Below, piece by piece: positions 56,624-64,000 of a DNA stretch of 64,000 nt; the stretch's first letter is position 1; each line of letters begins with the position of its first letter. The notes below the pieces were generated by a model. It was not told the DNA's origin and did not search any database. It was given only the letters and a program-made list of their open reading frames with translations. The translations under genes were made by a program, and so were the position numbers. The DNA is taken from positions 64,001 to 128,000 of the IMG/VR virus record IMGVR_UViG_3300037137_001027; one strand, given 5' to 3'. The DNA is from a virus.

Positions 56624-58819
56624 ATGGCTGTTCCACCTGTTCCACCTATAGAACCTGTGTGTTCATATGATATAGACCCTAATTTTCCACTTGTTTGCGA
56701 TGTAGATTATACAAAAGCATATTGTTGTAATCCTGCGCCTACAAGTGGGGATAAATTCGTGATATGCAAGGAAGAAGTCGGTGATTGTGTTGTTGGCATA
56801 CCTGGCCCTGGCGCTCAGTACATGACTTTCCCCATCAGGAATAGTGATGACCAACCAATGTTAAAAACCGCATTGAATGGCACCACAATGTCAGCTTGGG
56901 TAAAGATAGCTTTCCAACAATATTGCGGTCCTATTGAATATGCGCCCACAACTGCTCAAACCATTATTACGATGGGTAACTTGTCTCAACCATGTAATCC
57001 AGAACAATGTAAAGCTATTATTAAGGCTTTTCAATATGGGTGGGGTACTGTTGACCAGGGCAATAAAGTCCGAGTCACAATTATGGATCAAAAAGGCAGT
57101 GAATTCCAACAATGGGTCCAAAGAATGGGCATTAACCCTGAAGGTAACTCAACACCAATTCAAGGTAAATATCGTATGAAAGTACAATGGGGTTGGTATG
57201 TTACTGGTGGCGCAGATGAAGATATTTGTGGTCAACCACCAATGCCTTTAGGCGACCCTGATTGTGGAAATAATACAGATTTAACTCCAGGTGGTCATCT
57301 TCCTATAATTCCCGCAGCGCCAGGTTTTAATTCAGCATTCATAATTTGTAGTCCAGTATTATATTTTTTAACTGACTGGATTAACGTGCATTACGAAAAT
57401 GGCAAGTTTATATATGAAGTCGAGGGTACAGATACATTACAACGTGGTCAAGAGAACAAAATTCAACAGATTTTTGGACGCTCTGGCAAACATTTCTACT
57501 TTACCAAGGCTGTTGAATTACTAGGGCAGGTTTCTTTCCCGCAGTTTCGTGTTGAATTTAAATGTTTAGATTCGAATGGTAAGGAAACGGACATAGAATT
57601 TGTAAAACCAAATGGTGATACTACCTGTAGAGAAAAAAAATCAGAAGATACTGATTGTCTAGGATACGGACCATATAAAATTTACAGGGCCGATACCCGT
57701 GGGCCACTTGAAATAATACGGGAGTGGCTCAACCAAGGTGTTTTGGCGAGAGACAAAACTGGTAAAGTTACCTCAGATAAACAAAGAGTTGGTATTACAT
57801 TAAATTATGACCCAACATATAAGTTTGTCCCAGCGGACGACATTAAGGACAAAACCACAAATGATAAATGTGCTACATGTACCTCTTCTCAACCACAATA
57901 TGGAAGGTTGCTTGTGTGGGCGAACGCCATACCTTATTGTCAAGGAAACTTTACTGAAAGTCAAATTAACACTAGGTTAAAAGCTGTTTATATAGTTAAC
58001 GGTGGAAATTGCTCACCAGTATTAGCATTTGCTCCTACGTTCAGATGGCACGCAATGGCTGCACAACGAACCGCTGGTAACTCCACGCCAGTTGTAGGTA
58101 CAAATGTCGATCAGAGAATAGGTTTCCGTAGAGTTAACTGTCCAATTGCTGCTGGCAGCGGCCCTAACAAGAATGCCGTACCAACAGGTACTCAAGAAGT
58201 TCAAATAACTACTACACCTAGCACCCAAACGCAAGAGGCAGTATTTCACCACGTTATGGCTAACTTAATGATTGGTGCTATTGAAGCAGACTTAAGAGTT
58301 CAAGGTGATCCTTCTAAGTGGTTATGTAGTCCAATTTATGGGTATGGAAGATGTGTTGGTATAGTGTTCGTTAATCCATTCTTCTTGGTAGACGACCCAA
58401 ACTCAGCAATTAAATGCCCTGGATGGTTTGCAACTGATCCTGATAGTCCAAATGCTGCATTTAAAAGCAGTATTAACGAATTGCTTACGAGTAAAGGATG
58501 GTTTATATTTGGTGTAGATCATCAAATTAAAGATGGTCAATACATAACTACTATAAAACTTAAACTAATTGCGCCTGGCGCTGAATTAAATCAAGCTGGT
58601 TCTGTTGTAAATCTTGGTGCGTGGGATGGCACAAGTATAGATGAAGGCACACCAATGCCATTTGGCGGTAGATTTGGTTGCTTGGATAAATTCTTAGTTG
58701 GTAATGCTGGTACTGCTTGGGGACAATCAGGGGATTGCCCTGGACACGTCACATGGATTGGTGGTGGGACAGCATGTTCTGATAACTATGTAACTGATCC
58801 TAACTCGCCACCAGATTAA
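56624..58819 (+). CDS. baseplate hub (gp27-like) protein
   Basis: Synteny; MKVQWGWY, LRVQGDP, GWFIFGVDHQIKDGQYITTIKL. Confidence 0.65.
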   Translation: MAVPPVPPIEPVCSYDIDPNFPLVCDVDYTKAYCCNPAPTSGDKFVICKEEVGDCVVGIPGPGAQYMTFPIRNSDDQPMLKTALNGTTMSAWVKIAFQQYCGPIEYAPTTAQTIITMGNLSQPCNPEQCKAIIKAFQYGWGTVDQGNKVRVTIMDQKGSEFQQWVQRMGINPEGNSTPIQGKYRMKVQWGWYVTGGADEDICGQPPMPLGDPDCGNNTDLTPGGHLPIIPAAPGFNSAFIICSPVLYFLTDWINVHYENGKFIYEVEGTDTLQRGQENKIQQIFGRSGKHFYFTKAVELLGQVSFPQFRVEFKCLDSNGKETDIEFVKPNGDTTCREKKSEDTDCLGYGPYKIYRADTRGPLEIIREWLNQGVLARDKTGKVTSDKQRVGITLNYDPTYKFVPADDIKDKTTNDKCATCTSSQPQYGRLLVWANAIPYCQGNFTESQINTRLKAVYIVNGGNCSPVLAFAPTFRWHAMAAQRTAGNSTPVVGTNVDQRIGFRRVNCPIAAGSGPNKNAVPTGTQEVQITTTPSTQTQEAVFHHVMANLMIGAIEADLRVQGDPSKWLCSPIYGYGRCVGIVFVNPFFLVDDPNSAIKCPGWFATDPDSPNAAFKSSINELLTSKGWFIFGVDHQIKDGQYITTIKLKLIAPGAELNQAGSVVNLGAWDGTSIDEGTPMPFGGRFGCLDKFLVGNAGTAWGQSGDCPGHVTWIGGGTACSDNYVTDPNSPPD

Positions 58820-58831
58820 TAAGGATAAAAA

Positions 58832-61105
58832 ATGGCATCTAAAAACGTAAAAGAGCATATTAAAGCTTTATATGACTTAGTTCAAGCTCATGAAAAAAGA
58901 CTAAGGGAGATGAACTTTCAGGCTAATTATAAAAAGATATTCAAGAAGAAGCTCCAATATTACCAACAGAGGATATCGTATCGCGGACTACACTTAGCTT
59001 TATGCGTAGATACACGCGATCCACTAAAACAGAACAGAGTTAGATATTTCAGTCCAATCTTGCATAATGGCTTAATGTTTAGCCAAAAAGCTCTATTTGA
59101 TGGGCAGCCTGGCGAGAGCCAAGTTACTAAATTAGAGGCTTTAGATTGGGCGTGGCCTGTTTCCTCAATGGGTGGTTTTGACGATACTGGATTAAATTGG
59201 GTTCCACCTCCAGGGTCAATGTTATGTTTAATGTTTCTGCATGGCTCCCCACAAATGGTATTTTACTTAGGTAGCACTTGGTACAGAGATAAGGGACCAA
59301 TCCAGCACGACAATTGGAACTATCACATCCAAGAATATTACAAGATTTGGGAAGGACACCGTAATGGTTACATGGTAGGCGCAAACGATGAATCACAGGT
59401 TTACCCACACAACAACACTGATAATTACCAAGGTTACGATGTAGACACACAAACAGATGTGGAGTTCTCCCCCGACTCGGTTACTAAAACTACCTGGCCA
59501 CATCAATACAGTATTTCCAGTCCAGAAAAACACCGCGTTATCATGGACGACGGTGATCCAAAGTGTAATAGAAGATGGAAGAGATTAGAAGTAATTTCAA
59601 GTATGGGTAATCTTTTATTAATGAAAGATGACCCATATCATCCATGTGGTGAATGGCTAAATCCACAATGTTTTATTTCTTATGTTGACGTAGTGCCAAA
59701 AATTTGCGCTGTGTCGATGACAATTTATACTGATCCTCTCAACAATATAATAAAATTTGTTCCAACCGATGTACCTTATACTTGTCCGCAAGGTCCAGAA
59801 AACTGTAATACAATTCCAGAAACTCCAAGTTTAACAGTAGACCAAGAATATGTTGGGACTGGCACTTTCTCCTTTCCGTCAGGTGGCGTGACAGGCGTTG
59901 GATACGGTGGCGCTCGCATCCCTGTCGTGGTAGGGAGAGAAGATTGGTGTCCACCAAAGACGCCATTTCCTGACGTTATTCTACCAGAAATACCGAAAGA
60001 TTGTTTACATGGCATTATCGACGGTCTAACCGACTTTTGTTTCAAATTTAACAACTATGGTAAGAACAAATATCAAAAACACAGACACGATTGTTACCCA
60101 TATTATTGTCAAGATTGCGGGTTAAATCAGTCGGGCATTCAAGTTCGTTCTCGTTCAGGGGCCACTATAGTATTTGATGATTCTGTGGAGGAGCCAAGGG
60201 AAAAGCCAGAATGGGAACGAACTTTGAAGCCTTTCGATTATGACGGTTGCACAGGTAATTTCCGTGGTAGAACTTACTGGCGTTCCGCAACAGGTCATTA
60301 TATCGAAATGGTTGACTATGAAGACCAACCACACTTACGAAGTAAACGCAATGGTATTAACATCGTTACTGCTTGTGGTAATCAAATTTGTTTGAATGAT
60401 GAAACACTGCCAGGCTGTGTTGCTGGGCCATTGCGCGGAATTCACATGAAAAGTACAGCCAATCATACTTTTGATATGGTTGACGAACTTAATAAACAAT
60501 GCAGTGCTGACCGTAATGGTTGTTCTAAGACTGGTCCTTACGCAAAGAAAGCGTTCGTAAGACTTCGAAGTGGTTACGGAATAACGGTAACATTATGCGA
60601 TTTCCATGACCAGACGAAGACTGACCAGCAGTATTTCCAGATTATGTCGCCTCAAAAGGATAATCTTATTCGTGGCCCACACGTTCTTCATATGCAAGAA
60701 CGCCCACATGGGCCAGGACAAATCTTCCTGCGTGCAGGTGGAGATTATATCGTTTACTCTTACGACAAATTCGTGGAAGTCGTGGGAGAAGAGAAGGATA
60801 ATCCATCCGACAAAATGGAGTTTATTTCTCGCCATAAGTTAGTGAGCGTTAAAGACGTTTATTATAATCGTGCTGGCACTCATGTATTTTGGGCTGACGA
60901 CTATATATTCTTACTGGCTGGAAAGGATTGCGAGCCACAAAGCCCTGTTGGACAGGGGCAACCTTGTGTGTATCCAGTTGTAGTCGCTTTCCAACAAATT
61001 CCTGAGTATGTCTCTGCTGTTACAGGACTTAAGGCAAGCGAACATGTGTTTGCTTCCGCACTACATGAGCCAGAGCCGTGTGAAGGAATAGCCAGCGATA
61101 CTTGA
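58832..61105 (+). CDS. baseplate central spike (gp5/VgrG-like) protein
   Basis: OB-fold DTRDPLKQNRVRY, WAWP, VPPPGSMLCLMFLHG; beta-helix-type SGATIVFDD and TGHYIEM. Confidence 0.78.
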   Translation: MASKNVKEHIKALYDLVQAHEKRLREMNFQANYKKIFKKKLQYYQQRISYRGLHLALCVDTRDPLKQNRVRYFSPILHNGLMFSQKALFDGQPGESQVTKLEALDWAWPVSSMGGFDDTGLNWVPPPGSMLCLMFLHGSPQMVFYLGSTWYRDKGPIQHDNWNYHIQEYYKIWEGHRNGYMVGANDESQVYPHNNTDNYQGYDVDTQTDVEFSPDSVTKTTWPHQYSISSPEKHRVIMDDGDPKCNRRWKRLEVISSMGNLLLMKDDPYHPCGEWLNPQCFISYVDVVPKICAVSMTIYTDPLNNIIKFVPTDVPYTCPQGPENCNTIPETPSLTVDQEYVGTGTFSFPSGGVTGVGYGGARIPVVVGREDWCPPKTPFPDVILPEIPKDCLHGIIDGLTDFCFKFNNYGKNKYQKHRHDCYPYYCQDCGLNQSGIQVRSRSGATIVFDDSVEEPREKPEWERTLKPFDYDGCTGNFRGRTYWRSATGHYIEMVDYEDQPHLRSKRNGINIVTACGNQICLNDETLPGCVAGPLRGIHMKSTANHTFDMVDELNKQCSADRNGCSKTGPYAKKAFVRLRSGYGITVTLCDFHDQTKTDQQYFQIMSPQKDNLIRGPHVLHMQERPHGPGQIFLRAGGDYIVYSYDKFVEVVGEEKDNPSDKMEFISRHKLVSVKDVYYNRAGTHVFWADDYIFLLAGKDCEPQSPVGQGQPCVYPVVVAFQQIPEYVSAVTGLKASEHVFASALHEPEPCEGIASDT

Positions 61106-61112
61106 GGAATAG

Positions 61113-61526
61113 ATGAGATATAAAGGCATAGCTTATCCGCTCGTTAAACATCCGCAAGGATATTTTCACAATGCTGCTAACGATGTGGCTCAAATAAAGT
61201 CTAATCTTGCAGCAATTATACTTACGGAGCCAAATGATAGGATATTTATTCCTTTTTTTGGCGTGGGATTAAGAAAGGTTAATTTCAATGCGCCTATAGA
61301 AATAGTCAGAAGCGAAATTAAGGTCAAAATAGCAGTGGCTATTAAGAAATGGGAACAGCGAATTCAAGTTGAAGATATTGTTGTGGACTTGGCCAGAAAT
61401 GAAGAAAATAAATTTATAATTAAAGTTACTGTTTTGTTTATTGATCCTCTTAACGTCAATAATATTGAAAGCTTAGTAGTTTATAAATCTCTTGGAGGAA
61501 TTGATGGCAGAAATATGCCCTTTTGA
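61113..61526 (+). CDS. gp25-like baseplate wedge / sheath initiator
   Basis: QIKSNL..IILTEPNDRIFIPFFG...IKKWEQRI. Confidence 0.85.
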   Translation: MRYKGIAYPLVKHPQGYFHNAANDVAQIKSNLAAIILTEPNDRIFIPFFGVGLRKVNFNAPIEIVRSEIKVKIAVAIKKWEQRIQVEDIVVDLARNEENKFIIKVTVLFIDPLNVNNIESLVVYKSLGGIDGRNMPF

Positions 61527-63069
61527 TGTAACACCATTGGCCGTGCCTAGATTTATAAATAATTTACCTGTTTATAGTGTAAATTATACTAATCAGGATT
61601 TTCCATCCATCAGAGTGCGCACGTTGGAGTTGTTGAAAAACAACTTTGGCAATGAATTTAATGATATAAATGAGTCATCATTGGCAGTCATGCTTGTCGA
61701 ATGTTGGGCAGCAATGGCTGACATGTTATCTTTCAAGATAGACCAACTGGCCAATGAACTTTATATTGATACTGTTACAGAACTAGAAAATGCTTTCAGA
61801 CTAGCCAAACTGGTAGGTTACAAACCAACACCACCATTACCAGCAAAGTCTATGTTTTTTGCTAAAATAAATACAGTGTACTCAAAAGACCTTATAATAA
61901 AGACTCCAATATTAATCAATCTGGATGGATTAGGTTTTGATATAGCATATGAACTATTTGCATCCGATGGTGAAAATAACCCAATTTTTGGTGCAGATAT
62001 CATTATTCCTGCTGGTGCCATGTTTACAGAGGCAGTTGTTGGTTTGGAAGGCATGTCGAGACAGACCACTTTCACCAGCACAGGCAAAGCAAACCAAATA
62101 TTTACATTGCCTTTTGAGAATGTATTTTTAGGTTCAATTAAAGTGATTGTTAACAACTTGGCATGGAACGAAGTTGAGCATTTTACAGAATCGAAAGCTA
62201 AAGCAGAATATATTATTGAATGCGATGCATATTACAAGCCTTCTATCATATTCGGTGATAACAGAACGGGGCTTGTGCCACCAATTGACTCCAACGTTAC
62301 AGTAAGTTTTCGTTTGCCTAACCGAGTCACAACAGAAATTATTAGTGGTGCTTTTGACACAAAAGTTTTCGGTGGCATACCTGGAATCACTGACCATGTA
62401 ATCATTAATGTTAAGAACTATACAAAAAGCGAATATGGATATCCAGGCGACTCTATAAATGATATTAGAAAAAAGTTACCTGCATATTTGCGCTCGCAGA
62501 ACCGCGCGGTTACAGGCGCGGATTACAAATACATTACAGACAGTTTTACAACACCACATGATGGCATGATTGGCAAATCCAACATAGTTTTAAGAAGTCA
62601 TGGATGTGCGGCTAACGTAATAGATGTAATTATACTGGCGCAAACTGGAGACTATAGACTCGTAAAGGCTAATGATAATCTGAAAGCCAGTTTGCTTGAG
62701 ATGATAAATAACAAAAAAATATTTACTGATTATGTATGTATCAAAGATGGTGAGGTAATTTACACTGACATAAATGTTAATGTTTATCTGAACAAGAACA
62801 TGAAGAAATTTGAGACAGAAATTAGAAACAAAATAATCGAGAAGTTAGAACAATATTTTGACTTAAATAATTGGGAGTTTGGACAACCTCTGAAAGAGAA
62901 AGACATTGTAAAAAGTTTAGCCACTATCAAGGAGGCGAAACAATTTGACATTGGATTTGTCACCAACCAACCAACGCATGATAAAGTTTCAGAGAACATA
63001 GTTGTTGCAAAGCATAATGAAATTATAAGACCAGATAATTTAAATATAAATTTCACATACGAAAAATGA
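61492..63069 (+). CDS. baseplate wedge subunit (gp6 / baseplate J-like)
   Basis: NYTNQDF, DMLSFKID, LAKLVGY, IIFGDNRTGLVP, QNRAVTGADY. Confidence 0.88.
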   Translation: MEELMAEICPFDVTPLAVPRFINNLPVYSVNYTNQDFPSIRVRTLELLKNNFGNEFNDINESSLAVMLVECWAAMADMLSFKIDQLANELYIDTVTELENAFRLAKLVGYKPTPPLPAKSMFFAKINTVYSKDLIIKTPILINLDGLGFDIAYELFASDGENNPIFGADIIIPAGAMFTEAVVGLEGMSRQTTFTSTGKANQIFTLPFENVFLGSIKVIVNNLAWNEVEHFTESKAKAEYIIECDAYYKPSIIFGDNRTGLVPPIDSNVTVSFRLPNRVTTEIISGAFDTKVFGGIPGITDHVIINVKNYTKSEYGYPGDSINDIRKKLPAYLRSQNRAVTGADYKYITDSFTTPHDGMIGKSNIVLRSHGCAANVIDVIILAQTGDYRLVKANDNLKASLLEMINNKKIFTDYVCIKDGEVIYTDINVNVYLNKNMKKFETEIRNKIIEKLEQYFDLNNWEFGQPLKEKDIVKSLATIKEAKQFDIGFVTNQPTHDKVSENIVVAKHNEIIRPDNLNINFTYEK

Positions 63070-63077
63070 GGTTCGTT

Positions 63078-64000
63078 ATGAAATATGTAAGAAGTATAGA
63101 TCATCCAAAAACAGACGATACAGTAGGTTTTCTATTAGAAACCTACAATGATGATGGTCTATTGAAAAATCCATATACTTTAGAACAAATTTACATATAT
63201 CGAATAGAAAGACGAACAACAGGCAATGACCGATTTATAGAGTTTAAAAAATGGCATCCAGAAATAGAGAACGAACACGCAGCCCTGGCGTCACAACAGA
63301 ATGCGGATACCAGCAGGTTGCTTAAGCTTAAAAAAACTGCTACGGATAATAAAATTTCTTATTCAGAAGCTAAAATTGTGTTAGAAACAACAAATCCATT
63401 GTGGCAACGAGAAGGTAAAAGTTTAGTTTTCAACATCACAGACGACAATAAAAAGGAAATTGAAGGCAAGTTTTTGTTCTTGTGGCAGCCAAAAGGAATG
63501 CGAGAAGGAAGTTACCTGATACAGTGGCATTGGAAAAATACAAAAAACGGGAAACTAAACTCTGCACAGAAGTTGTTTACACTTTATCCAGCGTTGGAAA
63601 AAATAAACAGCATTTATAGAAACTTCGTACCAAGGCAGAAATATAACTTCCTTTTCGACAAGTATATTCCGCCGATGTATCGCACTCAAACAACCATGAC
63701 GGATATTACTCCTGAAGTGCTTGTGAAGTTTAACAAATCAATCGCTCAGTTTTTGTTAGAGTTAGATGATTTGGCCGTAGGATTAATTGACCTAATCAGT
63801 CCTACGTTTATACCAGAGGGTTTCTTGCCAGCTTTAGCAAACTTTTTCAATCTACAATTAAGGTCTGATAATGTTGCTGCATGGCGCAACCAGATTAAAC
63901 ACGCAATGCTTTTGTACAAAAAGAAAGGGACAAAACAAGGATTATCGGAAGCTTTAGATCAAGCTGGAATTAAATTGCTGAAATTAACCAATTTGTGGCA
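63078..64000 (+). CDS. baseplate wedge / tail protein I (gp7-like), truncated by the window end
   Basis: Open to the window end; PEGFLPALANFF...WRNQIKHAMLLYKKKGT. Confidence 0.72.
   Translation, partial: MKYVRSIDHPKTDDTVGFLLETYNDDGLLKNPYTLEQIYIYRIERRTTGNDRFIEFKKWHPEIENEHAALASQQNADTSRLLKLKKTATDNKISYSEAKIVLETTNPLWQREGKSLVFNITDDNKKEIEGKFLFLWQPKGMREGSYLIQWHWKNTKNGKLNSAQKLFTLYPALEKINSIYRNFVPRQKYNFLFDKYIPPMYRTQTTMTDITPEVLVKFNKSIAQFLLELDDLAVGLIDLISPTFIPEGFLPALANFFNLQLRSDNVAAWRNQIKHAMLLYKKKGTKQGLSEALDQAGIKLLKLTNLW

Noticed and set aside
1-64000. Alternative genetic code (stop recoding)
   Set aside because: TAA, TAG and TGA all terminate genes directly before hairpins or motifs, and long genes are intact under code 11.

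Overview
Fragment of a large, probably jumbo, contractile-tailed (T4-superfamily-like) bacteriophage genome with two very different halves. Bases 1-31.2 kb hold about 80 short, co-oriented + strand genes organised as about 68 (manual count) single-gene or short transcription units. Each unit opens with the same ~19-bp motif, TAATTGAGGTTGTACTAAT, and many close with conserved-loop hairpins such as GGGAGCGCCCACTCCC. A fixed motif-to-start geometry (GTACT-N8-Y|R, including 9 leaderless ATGs) indicates a non-sigma70 promoter. The cassette parts are mixed and matched and become more homogeneous toward an empty terminal unit at 31.1 kb. Cargo includes DUF932, SprT-like, PNK-like kinase, Rnl1-type RNA ligase, a bL12-like protein, tRNA-Glu and a ~136-nt tmRNA-like RNA lacking most of the mRNA domain. 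Eleven cargo proteins end in -AA, like the ssrA degron. Bases 31.4-64 kb are AT-rich. They carry accessory genes (methyltransferase, ClpP-like protease, histidine phosphatase, GT2, radical SAM, a CCA-adding-like nucleotidyltransferase with DxN, HNH) followed by a tail module (end protector-like, tape measure, tube initiator, gp53-, hub-, gp5-, gp25-, gp6- and gp7-like genes). All calls come from motif recognition by eye; no database searches were run.
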